In this document: positions 21,810 to 31,456 of the stretch, piece by piece | Layout of the letters: every line of letters begins with the position of its first letter | Numbering within the stretch: position 1 is the first letter of the stretch | NCBI GenBank assembly: GCA_022710715.1 | Contig: JAKLGJ010000001.1 | Location: 106,041 to 170,040 of the forward strand | DNA length: 64,000 bases | Reading direction: 5' to 3' | DNA from: Candidatus Omnitrophota bacterium | GTDB taxonomy: Bacteria; Omnitrophota; Gorgyraeia; Gygaellales; Profunditerraquicolaceae | The notes under the pieces: generated by a model | Seen by the model: the letters and a program-made list of their open reading frames with translations, nothing else | Database searches by the model: none | Told to the model about the DNA's origin: nothing | Made by a program: the position numbers and the translations under genes

Positions 21810-23072
21810 ATGCGCAGAATAGCTGGAATAGTGGTGATATTCATGTGTCTGTTTGCGTTATTTTCTTCAATGGTTTTCGCTGGAGACAGAGAAGATATCA
21901 TGGATGTAGTGATGAAGCTGAAGGCGATGGAGAAGGACAACGGCCGTATGCGCTTCGACATGGATTGCATCAAGAATGAGCTGGCTACGATGAAGAGCAA
22001 GTCGGCTGCAGCCGCAGTGCCGGATGGCAAGACCGCGATGTTCGCGGCGCTGGGGATCGGGTTTTACGGTTATATCAAAACGGACTTGATCTATAGCGAT
22101 TCGCAGGCAGCGGAATTGACGTTGAGCGCGCCGGCCGCGGAAACCGATGATCAGAAGGAATTCTTCATTACCGCCAAAGAATCCCGGTTGGGCATGGATA
22201 TTACCGGGCCGCGCGTGGGAGATTCCGGGAAAGTTATAGGTAAGATCGAAGGCGATTTCTGGGGCAATACCAGCGATGGCGCCACCACTCCGGGGTTCCG
22301 TTTCCGCCAGGCGTATATCGATTTGAAGTTCGCTAACTGGGATGTGCTCGCCGGCCAGACCTGGGATTTCTTCGCTCCCTTGAATCCTTCCACGCTGCAT
22401 CTGGGGTTGCTCTGGCAGCAGGGTAACATCGGCGACCGGCATCCGCAGGTGCGTCTGACCAGCAAAGTCTGCGATTTTCTGGGAGGGACCCTCACCAGCC
22501 AGGTGGGTATACTCGACTCCAAAACGGATCTGCAGGAGCATACCGGAACGCCGGTGGTGGGCGTGTATGAATCGTTCGAAGACGAATTCTTCAGCCAGCC
22601 GTTATACATCGGCGCCGGCGGCGCGTACGGCCAGACCAATACCTCTACCACCATCACCCGCGACCTGGATATGTGGGCGGTCGTTCTGGCATTGAAATAC
22701 AAGCTCACCCAGAAGATATCCCTGTGTTCGGAAGGATACCTGGGAGCGGGCCTGGCTGCGTTCAGGGGAGGCAGCGCAACGTCGGTCGATGATAATAAGG
22801 CAATCCGGACGCGCGGCGGTTTCGCGCAATTGACCTATGACCCGACAGCCAAACTGCAATTCAACGCGGGCGGCGGTATCGACGACGTGTTCAGCGATTC
22901 CATTTCCACCTCGGTCTGGTCGGAGAACTACGCCTGTTTCCTTAACTCAAAATACAAGCTGGCCAAGAACGTGACCTGGGGTCTGGAATTCATGCAGGTC
23001 GATACGGAATACGCGAATCAGGGCGGAGGGGACGCGCTGCGTTTCCAGTCTTCCCTGATGTTCAACTTCTAA
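21810..23072 (+). CDS. outer-membrane beta-barrel porin-like protein (DcaP-like: N-terminal coiled-coil + barrel)
   Basis: Signal peptide, short coiled-coil stretch, then alternating amphipathic beta-strand pattern rich in G/T/Y. C-terminal ...MFNF with terminal Phe, typical of OMP barrels. Confidence 0.6.
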   Translation: MRRIAGIVVIFMCLFALFSSMVFAGDREDIMDVVMKLKAMEKDNGRMRFDMDCIKNELATMKSKSAAAAVPDGKTAMFAALGIGFYGYIKTDLIYSDSQAAELTLSAPAAETDDQKEFFITAKESRLGMDITGPRVGDSGKVIGKIEGDFWGNTSDGATTPGFRFRQAYIDLKFANWDVLAGQTWDFFAPLNPSTLHLGLLWQQGNIGDRHPQVRLTSKVCDFLGGTLTSQVGILDSKTDLQEHTGTPVVGVYESFEDEFFSQPLYIGAGGAYGQTNTSTTITRDLDMWAVVLALKYKLTQKISLCSEGYLGAGLAAFRGGSATSVDDNKAIRTRGGFAQLTYDPTAKLQFNAGGGIDDVFSDSISTSVWSENYACFLNSKYKLAKNVTWGLEFMQVDTEYANQGGGDALRFQSSLMFNF

Positions 23073-23128
23073 GTCGCTTACAAAGAGCGGCAGAGTCTTT
23101 TTGTAACACATGGGGTTTCAACGAGCGC

Positions 23129-24034
23129 ATGGTCATGGAAGAGCGAGTTCATTCGCCGGTGATGCTGGCGGAAGTGCTGGAGTATCTTAATCCCCGCCCC
23201 GGTCAGCTTATTGTCGACGCTACCCTGGGCATGGGCGGTCACAGCCGGGAGATTCTCAAACGGATCGCTCCCGGCGGCAGGTTGATCGGGATTGACCGGG
23301 ATGAAGAATCGCTCGCCCAGGCGCGGAGCAACTTAAGCGACTATGCGTCTTCGTGCGAGTTCGCATACGGAAATTTTTCCGATCTCGACACGATCCTAAA
23401 GAACTTGAATATCGAGAGTATAGATGGTATAGTAATGGACTTAGGCTTGTCTTCGTTTCAGCTTAAAGACGCGCAGCGGGGGTTCAGTTTTCAGGTCGAG
23501 GGTCCCCTGGACATGCGCTTCGACCGGAACAGTTACATCTCCGCGTACGATCTGGTCAATAACCTGAACGAAGAAGAGATATCGCATCTGTTGTGGACGT
23601 TCGGGGAGGAGCGGTGGCATAACCGGATCGCCCGGTGCCTGGTGCAGGAACGCCAGAAGCATCCCATTGCCACGACCCAGGAATTATCCACTATCGTTTT
23701 GCGGGCCATTCCGGGTCGGTTCAGGCACGGACATCATCGCATTCATCCGGCAACCCGGACATTTCAGGCCGTGCGTATCGCGGTAAACCGTGAGCTGGAA
23801 TCGCTGGAAACGGCTTTACAAAAAACGATACGACTTTTAGGCAGAGGGGGAAAGATATGCGTAATTTCGTTCCACTCGCTGGAAGACAGGATGGTCAAGC
23901 ATACTTTCCGTCGCAGCGCTGCCGAAGGCGCGATCAAGATTATCACTCCCAAGCCGTTGACGCCGACGCTTGCGGAGATAAAAGAGAATCCACCAAGCCG
24001 CAGCAGCAAGCTGCGGGTAGCCGAGAAAGTCTAA
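23129..24034 (+). CDS. rsmH: 16S rRNA (cytosine1402-N4)-methyltransferase RsmH (MraW)
   Basis: SAM-binding DATLGMGGHS, 301 aa, canonical position after mraZ. Confidence 0.9.
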   Translation: MVMEERVHSPVMLAEVLEYLNPRPGQLIVDATLGMGGHSREILKRIAPGGRLIGIDRDEESLAQARSNLSDYASSCEFAYGNFSDLDTILKNLNIESIDGIVMDLGLSSFQLKDAQRGFSFQVEGPLDMRFDRNSYISAYDLVNNLNEEEISHLLWTFGEERWHNRIARCLVQERQKHPIATTQELSTIVLRAIPGRFRHGHHRIHPATRTFQAVRIAVNRELESLETALQKTIRLLGRGGKICVISFHSLEDRMVKHTFRRSAAEGAIKIITPKPLTPTLAEIKENPPSRSSKLRVAEKV

Positions 24035-24039
24035 CCACT

Positions 24040-24456
24040 ATGAGACTGCCGCGTTTTCTTCTGGTCTGCCTTTCGGCAACGGCTTTGTCGCTGATGTATG
24101 TGTGGCAGCAGACAGAGGTTTTCCATCTGGCGTATACCGGACAGAAACAGCTGGTCAAGTTTGAGGAATTGCTTGATGAGAATTCCTCATTGCGATATAA
24201 TTTAACCAGGAAAACGTCTCTCACCAGGATGGGCACCAGGGTCGCGGCGAATACGGAATTCCGCATGCCGGACAATTACTGTTTGGTCAAGGTTCCGTTG
24301 TCTGGAAAAGAGTTCAAAGCCGCAAACGGGCGCTTGCCCCGTAAAGAAACCCTGTTTGCCCGTATGTTTGGCATCAAACGACAGGCTGAAGCCAGGACTG
24401 TCAATACTTCCGACGCATTTGCGGTGCGAATCGCCGGAGATTTGAATATACGATAA
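24040..24456 (+). CDS. FtsL-like cell division protein (single TM + coiled coil)
   Basis: Start MRLPRF..., TM FLLVCLSATALSLMYVW, then a heptad region. Sits in the canonical ftsL slot between rsmH and ftsI. Sequence conservation is weak, as usual for FtsL. Confidence 0.5.
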   Translation: MRLPRFLLVCLSATALSLMYVWQQTEVFHLAYTGQKQLVKFEELLDENSSLRYNLTRKTSLTRMGTRVAANTEFRMPDNYCLVKVPLSGKEFKAANGRLPRKETLFARMFGIKRQAEARTVNTSDAFAVRIAGDLNIR

Positions 24457-24502
24457 CGGTTCACTGGTTTTCCAGTAACCGGTTACTCAACTCTCTACCA
24501 GT

Positions 24503-26209
24503 GTGTATATAGTTAACTACCGCCGCAGAGCCGAGGCGGCCTTCTTACTCTTCTGTTTTTTCTTTTTCCTCTCGATAGCCCGTCTATGTTTCATTCAGTT
24601 CTTCCGATCCGAATATCTTGCCGAGATAGCCCAGAAGCAGCATAATATGTTCATTGAGCTGGAACCGCGCCGCGGAACGGTGTATGATTGTAATCTCAAG
24701 CCGCTGGCGGTCAATCTGGTCTTTGAATCGGTATATGCCGAACCCAATCAGTTGAGCCGTGAGCAGAAAGAGCGGATTGCCGCGCAGCTGGCGCCGCTGC
24801 TCGCGCTTGAACGCAGTTTCCTCGCCAGCCGGCTTGACCGCGATAAAGCTTTTGTCTGGCTGGCGCGCAAAGTCAGCCCGGAGCAGGCACAGCAGATCAG
24901 GGCGCTTAAATTCAAAGGGATCGGGATGATCAAGGAAAGCAAACGCTGCTATCCCAACGATTATCTCTTGAGCCAGGTCCTGGGTTTCGCCGGTCTGGAC
25001 AATACCGGATTGGAAGGTCTAGAACTCTATTACGATAATTATTTAAAAGGTGAGCCCGGTTGGGCGACGGTTCTTCGCGATGCCCGCAGCAAGCGGCTTG
25101 ATTTGAATGATACGACGGTCCCGGCGAAAGACGGGTATCACCTCGTCCTGACTATCGACGAAGTCGTCCAGTATATCGCCGAGCGGGAGCTGGAAAAAGC
25201 CTACCAGACGTATCATGCTAAAGGCGCGAGCATTATCGTCATCGATCCCAGGACCGGCCAGCTGCTGGCTCTGGCTAACCGTCCGGGGTACGATCTGAAC
25301 AAGCCCGGTCATGTGAGTAAAGATCAGATCCGCAACCGGGCGATTTGCGACATGTTCGAGCCGGGGTCGGTATTCAAGATCGTGACCGCCGCGGCGGCCC
25401 TGGAAGAAAATAAAGTTAACGAGATGACGCGGTTTTTCTGCGAGAACGGCGAATACCGCGTCGCCAACCATACGCTGCACGATCACCGGCCGCACGGCTG
25501 GCTGACGTTCAGAGAGGTGATTGAACAATCCAGCAATATCGGCACTTCGAAAGTGGCGCAACTGCTCGGTCCCGACAAGCTCTATGAGTATATCAAACGT
25601 TTTGGCTTCGGCGCCAAACTGGGTATCGATATCCCGGGAGAGATCAACGGCAGTATCAAGCCTCCCCGGCAATGGTCGAAAACATCTATTGCCTGCGTGC
25701 CGATGGGCCAGGAAGTGGGGGTGACCGCATTGCAGCTCGCCACAGCCCTGTCGGTTATCGCCAACGGCGGATATCTGATGAAACCATATCTGGTCAGGGA
25801 AGTAAGGGACAGGCAGGGGCAGGTAATCGATTATTATCCTCCGACGCTGGTGCGCCAGGTCCTTTCCGAAGAAACCGCCGCGCGCATGCGCAAGATACTC
25901 ATCGGGGTCATGGAAAACGGCACGGGAAAAATGGGGAAGCTCGGACAGTTTACCGCCGGCGGCAAAACCGGAACGGCGCAGAAGCTCGATCCTAACGGAA
26001 GCTATTCGCACGATAAATATATCGCTTCATTCATGGGGTTCGCTCCTGCCGAAGATCCTCAAGTAGCGATCGTGGTGACCGTTGATGAACCGCACCCCTA
26101 TTATTTCGGCGGCGTGGTAGCTGCTCCGGTGTTCAAGCGGGTGGCGGAAGACGTGTTGAAGTACCTCAAGACCAAAGAGTACACACAACAGACAGCCTCT
26201 CTGAAATGA
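24503..26209 (+). CDS. ftsI: peptidoglycan D,D-transpeptidase FtsI (PBP3)
   Basis: N-terminal TM, PBP dimerisation domain, transpeptidase motifs SVFK, SSN, KTGT. Confidence 0.9.
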   Translation: MYIVNYRRRAEAAFLLFCFFFFLSIARLCFIQFFRSEYLAEIAQKQHNMFIELEPRRGTVYDCNLKPLAVNLVFESVYAEPNQLSREQKERIAAQLAPLLALERSFLASRLDRDKAFVWLARKVSPEQAQQIRALKFKGIGMIKESKRCYPNDYLLSQVLGFAGLDNTGLEGLELYYDNYLKGEPGWATVLRDARSKRLDLNDTTVPAKDGYHLVLTIDEVVQYIAERELEKAYQTYHAKGASIIVIDPRTGQLLALANRPGYDLNKPGHVSKDQIRNRAICDMFEPGSVFKIVTAAAALEENKVNEMTRFFCENGEYRVANHTLHDHRPHGWLTFREVIEQSSNIGTSKVAQLLGPDKLYEYIKRFGFGAKLGIDIPGEINGSIKPPRQWSKTSIACVPMGQEVGVTALQLATALSVIANGGYLMKPYLVREVRDRQGQVIDYYPPTLVRQVLSEETAARMRKILIGVMENGTGKMGKLGQFTAGGKTGTAQKLDPNGSYSHDKYIASFMGFAPAEDPQVAIVVTVDEPHPYYFGGVVAAPVFKRVAEDVLKYLKTKEYTQQTASLK

Positions 26210-27693
26210 GATTATCCGTACTGGTAAAAGCGTTGAGCGCGTTCCGTTTCCACGGGGGCGGGCGAGATGTCCGGATCGCAGGGATCACCAGCGATTCCGC
26301 CGCCGTCAAGGAGGGATATCTTTTTGCGGCGGTAAAGGGCGCGACCCGCGACGGGCACCGTTTTATTCCCGACGCAGCGCGCAAGGGGGCGCGGGCAGTG
26401 GTGTGCGAGCAGACGTGGGTGAGCCGTTACGGAGTGCAGCGGTTATGCCGGCGTTTTCCCCGGATCTGTTTTATCGTTGTTGACGACAGCCGCAGCGCGG
26501 TTGCGCGTCTCGCGGCTAAATTTTACGGGTATCCCTCGAAGAAGCTGCGCGTTGTCGGCGTTACGGGCACCAACGGCAAGACCACGCTCACCTATTTGAT
26601 CGAATCGGTGCTCAAGCGATGCGGTCATGAGCCGGCTGTGATCGGAACGGTCAATTACCGGTTCAAGGACACGGATCGACCGTCCACCAACACGACTCCC
26701 GGACCGGTACAATTGCAGGCGATGCTGCATGAAATGGTCTGCGCCGGCGTGGATCATCTGGCAATGGAGGTTTCGTCGCATGCGCTGGACCAGGGGCGGA
26801 CCGCGGGTATCCGTTTTACTTCAGCGGTCTTTACCAACCTGACCCAGGATCATCTCGATTACCATCACGATCTGGAAACATACTTTCAGGCCAAAGCGAA
26901 ATTATTCCGGCATTTAAGCGGCAGTTCTGTAGCCGTGATCAATCGCGATGATCCCTGCGGCCGGCGTCTGATAGCGTTGAGTCGCTGCAAGGTGATTTCG
27001 TATGGAACGGACCCTGCCGCTGACGTCTGGGCCGGCGATATCGCGTTCAGTTTCAGCGGCACGCGGTTTACGCTGCATCTCGGTAAACAGGCGTTGACGT
27101 GTAAAATACGCCTCATCGGTCTGCATAACGTGTATAATGTCCTTGCCTGCATAGCCTGGGCGGCAAGCGAGCGGTTATCCCTTACGTTGGTGCTCGGCGC
27201 TTTAGCGGAATTTGAGAGGGTCCCGGGCCGCCTAGAGCGGGTCGGCCGCAGCAGGGATATCAGTGTATTCGTGGATTATGCCCATACCGAGGATGCGTTG
27301 AACAACGTCCTGGGCACGCTGCGCCGCATCGCCCGGCACAGGATTATCGTGGTTTTCGGATGCGGCGGTGACCGCGACCGCGGCAAGCGACCGAAGATGG
27401 GAAGGGTCGTTTCCGATCTGGCCGATTATGCGGTGGTCACCAGCGATAATCCCCGCTGGGAAGATCCGCGCAGGATAATCGCCGAGATACGTCAGGGCAT
27501 GTCCGGGAGGAAATATTGCGTGATCGCGGATAGAGAGAAAGCTATCGAGAAATCCCTGTCTCTGGCCCATAAAGGAGATGTCGTGCTGGTAGCCGGCAAG
27601 GGCCATGAACAGTATCAGATCATCAGAGATAAAATCCTGCCGTTCAACGATGTTGAGGTCGTCAGAAGATGTTTACAATCGATGAGCTTGTAA
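26206..27693 (+). CDS. murE: UDP-N-acetylmuramoyl-L-alanyl-D-glutamate--2,6-diaminopimelate ligase
   Basis: Mur ligase P-loop GVTGTNGKTT and a DNPR motif consistent with mDAP-type MurE. Confidence 0.9.
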   Translation: MRLSVLVKALSAFRFHGGGRDVRIAGITSDSAAVKEGYLFAAVKGATRDGHRFIPDAARKGARAVVCEQTWVSRYGVQRLCRRFPRICFIVVDDSRSAVARLAAKFYGYPSKKLRVVGVTGTNGKTTLTYLIESVLKRCGHEPAVIGTVNYRFKDTDRPSTNTTPGPVQLQAMLHEMVCAGVDHLAMEVSSHALDQGRTAGIRFTSAVFTNLTQDHLDYHHDLETYFQAKAKLFRHLSGSSVAVINRDDPCGRRLIALSRCKVISYGTDPAADVWAGDIAFSFSGTRFTLHLGKQALTCKIRLIGLHNVYNVLACIAWAASERLSLTLVLGALAEFERVPGRLERVGRSRDISVFVDYAHTEDALNNVLGTLRRIARHRIIVVFGCGGDRDRGKRPKMGRVVSDLADYAVVTSDNPRWEDPRRIIAEIRQGMSGRKYCVIADREKAIEKSLSLAHKGDVVLVAGKGHEQYQIIRDKILPFNDVEVVRRCLQSMSL

Positions 27694-29072
27694 AAGCAAC
27701 CGGAGCGCGGCTTATCAGTCGAGGGGGATCGTTGACTGTCACCGGCATCTCGACCGATACCCGGGGTATTAAAAGGGGAGAGTGTTTTCTCGCCATCAAG
27801 GGCGATCGTTTTGACGGTCACGCGTTCCTGAATACCGCCGTTGCTTCCGGCGCCGCCTGTTTGATCGTCGCGGTCGGCAAGGGCAGCGCCTGGGTGCGTC
27901 AGCATCCGCAGCGAGCCGCCGGCAAGGTCGCGGTCCTGGAAGTCGCGGATACCGTCAAAGCTCTGGGCGCGTGCGCCTCTTTTCACCGTCGCCGTTTTGA
28001 CATTCCGGTGATCGCGGTGACCGGTTCTAACGGCAAGACGACCACCAAGGAAATGCTCGCAAGCGCGCTCTCCGCCCGCTACCGGGTACTGAAGAATCAG
28101 GGCACGCATAACAATCATATCGGCGTTCCCCAGACGCTGCTGAAGCTTGATGCGCGCACGCAGGCGGCGGTGCTGGAATTAGGCTCCAACCACCCCGGCG
28201 AGATCGCCTATCTCGGCGCCATGGTCGGTCCAACGATAGCGGCGGTGACGAATATCGGCCCGTCGCATCTGGAACATTTTAAATCGCTTCCCGGGGTATT
28301 CAGGGAAAAATATTCGCTCATGCGTTACCTTTCCGGCGCGCGGATCGGCGTTGTCAATGCGGATGACCGCTTTCTCGGACCGCGGGTCGCACGCGGCCGG
28401 AGTTTGCGGCCGTTCATGCTCGGGTTCGGCGTGCGGGACCGGTGTGATTTTCAGGCTGACGAATTGCGCATGTGCGGCGGAAAGTTGACCTTCAGGGTCA
28501 ATGGTCGTCAACGGTTCGCGCTGGGGACGCTGGGAGAGCATAATGTCTATAATGCCCTGTGCGCAATCGCCTGCGCCGCGTTGCTGGGGGTGAGTATGCG
28601 TCAGGCCGCCCGGAGACTGGCACTGTTCGATTTCCCTCGCGGCCGGCTGAATCTGTTACGATACAACGAGGTTGATTTTATCGACGATACCTATAACGCC
28701 AATCCTTTTTCGCTGCAGCAGGCTTTGCGCGCGCTGGAGCAGTATCGGGCCGCGGGCAAAAAGATACTGGTGATGGGCGATATGCTGGAACTGGGCGCGC
28801 GCACCCCGTTATTCCATCAGCAGGCCGGAGAAGCCGCCTGCCGGGCGTGCGATGTCCTGATCACCGTCGGTCGCAACGCGCGTTTGAGCGCGTGCCGGGC
28901 AGCGGAAAAAGGGTTCGATCGCGGCAGTATCTTTATGTGTTCGTCCGCCAGGCAAGCTACGGCGGTATTGCGTGATAAGATCGGTTTACAGCGCGGAGAC
29001 GTAGTTCTGGCCAAAGCTTCCCGCGGCATGCATCTTGAAGAAATCCTGGATGCATTCAAAACGAGCGTTTAA
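27669..29072 (+). CDS. murF: UDP-N-acetylmuramoyl-tripeptide--D-alanyl-D-alanine ligase
   Basis: Mur ligase P-loop GSNGKTTTKEM, 467 aa, in canonical order. Confidence 0.9.
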   Translation: MFTIDELVKATGARLISRGGSLTVTGISTDTRGIKRGECFLAIKGDRFDGHAFLNTAVASGAACLIVAVGKGSAWVRQHPQRAAGKVAVLEVADTVKALGACASFHRRRFDIPVIAVTGSNGKTTTKEMLASALSARYRVLKNQGTHNNHIGVPQTLLKLDARTQAAVLELGSNHPGEIAYLGAMVGPTIAAVTNIGPSHLEHFKSLPGVFREKYSLMRYLSGARIGVVNADDRFLGPRVARGRSLRPFMLGFGVRDRCDFQADELRMCGGKLTFRVNGRQRFALGTLGEHNVYNALCAIACAALLGVSMRQAARRLALFDFPRGRLNLLRYNEVDFIDDTYNANPFSLQQALRALEQYRAAGKKILVMGDMLELGARTPLFHQQAGEAACRACDVLITVGRNARLSACRAAEKGFDRGSIFMCSSARQATAVLRDKIGLQRGDVVLAKASRGMHLEEILDAFKTSV

Positions 29073-29095
29073 CCCCGAAAGGATTCACCGCTTCC

Positions 29096-30187
29096 ATGTT
29101 ATTCTATCTGTTGCATCCCTTAAGCGCGTTAAGCGGTTTTTTCAATCTTTTTCGTTACATTACCTTTCGCGCCAGCATGGCGGCGCTGACCGCTTTTGCG
29201 GTCAGCCTTATTTTCGGTCCGGCGATCATCCGTAAACTGCGCGACATGCAGATCGTTCAGCATATCCGGGATAAGAAAGAAAGCGATCATCTGCACGCTT
29301 TGCATAAAGACAAGCAGGGCACTCCGACGATGGGGGGTATTTTCGTCCTGCTTGCGGTGACCATCGCGACCGGTCTCTGGGCGGATCTGTCCAACCCGAA
29401 CATCTGGCTGGCGCTGTTCGGCACCCTCTGGCTGGGAGTGACCGGTTTTATGGACGATTATCTGAAGATCGTGCGCAAGTGCTCCAGGGGGCTGACCGCG
29501 TCGGCAAAGTTCACCAGTCAGATCATCCTGGGGTTGATCCTGGGAGTGATCCTTTTCAACGATCCGAACCTGGGCGCGCGCCTGGATATTCCCTTTTTGA
29601 AAGACGTTTCGCTGCACCTGGGAGCGCTCTATATCCTTTTTGTGATTTTCGTGATCACCGGATCGTCCAACGCGGTGAATCTGACTGACGGCCTCGACGG
29701 CCTGGCTATCGGTTGTGTGGTCATGGCGGCGATCGCTTTCAGCCTCCTGTCCTACGTGACCGGCAACATCAAAATCAGCAGCTATCTCTTGATCCCCTAT
29801 ATCAAGGGCGCGGGGGAACTGACCGTGTTCTGCGCAAGCATTGTCGGGGCTGGCCTGGGTTTTTTGTGGTTTAACTGTTTTCCGGCCGCGGTATTCATGG
29901 GTGACGTCGGCGCTTTAGCTCTCGGCGGGGCGCTGGGGATCGTGGCTCTCCTGATCAAGAAAGAACTGCTCCTGGTTTTTGTCGGCGGGATTTTCGTCGC
30001 CGAAGCCCTCTCGGTAATCCTGCAGGTCGCGTCATTCAAATCTACCGGCAAACGCATCTTCAAGATCGCGCCGCTGCATCATCATTTTCAATTCCTGGGC
30101 TGGTCGGAGAACAAGGTTATCGTGCGGTTCTGGATCGTGGCCAGTTTGCTCGTTCTGCTGACGCTGGTAACCCTGAAGGTTCGCTGA
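29096..30187 (+). CDS. mraY: phospho-N-acetylmuramoyl-pentapeptide transferase
   Basis: 10-TM protein with NAVNLTDGLDGLA and PAAVFMGDVGA motifs. Confidence 0.92.
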   Translation: MLFYLLHPLSALSGFFNLFRYITFRASMAALTAFAVSLIFGPAIIRKLRDMQIVQHIRDKKESDHLHALHKDKQGTPTMGGIFVLLAVTIATGLWADLSNPNIWLALFGTLWLGVTGFMDDYLKIVRKCSRGLTASAKFTSQIILGLILGVILFNDPNLGARLDIPFLKDVSLHLGALYILFVIFVITGSSNAVNLTDGLDGLAIGCVVMAAIAFSLLSYVTGNIKISSYLLIPYIKGAGELTVFCASIVGAGLGFLWFNCFPAAVFMGDVGALALGGALGIVALLIKKELLLVFVGGIFVAEALSVILQVASFKSTGKRIFKIAPLHHHFQFLGWSENKVIVRFWIVASLLVLLTLVTLKVR

Positions 30188-30188
30188 T

Positions 30189-31454
30189 ATGCGTAACGCC
30201 GATTATTTCAAGGATAAGCGGATTACCGTCGTGGGGTGCGCGCGCAGCGGCGGCGCCTGCGCCAACCTGCTGCAACGGCTGGGCGCCCGGGTTAGCGTTA
30301 CCGATAACGCGACCGATCCGGTCGTGCAGCGACAGGCCCGCAGCGTATTATCCTCCGGTATCGCCGTGGAATTCGGCGTCCACACTCCGGGGTTTGTCTC
30401 CGGTGCCGACATGGTGGTCATTTCTCCCGGGGTTCCCGATACGGCCGCTCCTATCCGCTGGGCCCGCGAGCGCTCTATCCCGATCGTAAGCGAGATCGAA
30501 GTGGCCTGGATGCTCTGTCCCGCGCCCGTGATCGCCGTGACCGGTTCGAACGGTAAAACCACCACTACCACGCTGATCGGCAGAGTTCTGGCTGCCGCGG
30601 GAAAAAAGACGTTTGTCTGCGGGAATATCGGCACGCCTTTTACCGGCGAAGTCGGCTCGATCCAGCCGCAGGATTGGGTAGTGCTGGAGATCAGTTCGTT
30701 CCAGCTCGAGCATATCCGGACATTCAAGCCGAAGATCGCCCTGATCCTTAATATCAACCCGAATCATCTTGATCGCTATCCCGGCATGCGGGAGTACGCC
30801 GCAGCTAAGGAGCGGATCGCTTTGAATCAGGACGCGACGGATTTTCTGGTGCTCAACGCCGGCGACAGCGCCCTCAAGGAAATTGCCTCCCGGGCGCGGG
30901 CGCCGAAAGCGGTTTATTTTACCGGCAGTCCCCGGAGAAACCAGAATCAGGCTGCGGTTGAGGCAGTCGCGTCCATTCTCGGGATCGCGCCCGCAGTATG
31001 CGCGCAGGTGTTCGACGATTTCAAAGGTATCGAGCATCGCATGGAGATGGTGCGCCAGATCAACCGGATCAGTTTCATCAATGATTCCAAAGCCACTACC
31101 GTGGAATCGGCCGTCTGGGCGTTGCAGAATCTCGCCTGCCCGGTGGTGCTGATCGCGGGAGGCCGGGATAAGGGATTGGATTACCGGCCTATTCTCGAAC
31201 TGGCCAGGCAAAAGGTCAAAAGAGTGATTCTGATCGGGGAAGCCCGGGCAAAGATCCGCGCGGCATTGAGCGATGCTCTGTCTGTGCAGGAGGCCGGATC
31301 GCTGGAAGAAGCGGTGGCGCAGGCTTACCGGGCTGCAGCTCCGGGCGATTGCGTCCTTTTGTCGCCGATGTGCGCCAGTTACGACATGTTCAAGGATTAT
31401 GAAGAACGCGGCAGAAAGTTCAAACAGGCAGTGCTGGCGTTAAACGGGGAATAA
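30189..31454 (+). CDS. murD: UDP-N-acetylmuramoylalanine--D-glutamate ligase
   Basis: N-terminal Rossmann GCARSGGA and P-loop GSNGKTTTT. Confidence 0.9.
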   Translation: MRNADYFKDKRITVVGCARSGGACANLLQRLGARVSVTDNATDPVVQRQARSVLSSGIAVEFGVHTPGFVSGADMVVISPGVPDTAAPIRWARERSIPIVSEIEVAWMLCPAPVIAVTGSNGKTTTTTLIGRVLAAAGKKTFVCGNIGTPFTGEVGSIQPQDWVVLEISSFQLEHIRTFKPKIALILNINPNHLDRYPGMREYAAAKERIALNQDATDFLVLNAGDSALKEIASRARAPKAVYFTGSPRRNQNQAAVEAVASILGIAPAVCAQVFDDFKGIEHRMEMVRQINRISFINDSKATTVESAVWALQNLACPVVLIAGGRDKGLDYRPILELARQKVKRVILIGEARAKIRAALSDALSVQEAGSLEEAVAQAYRAAAPGDCVLLSPMCASYDMFKDYEERGRKFKQAVLALNGE

Positions 31455-31456
31455 CC

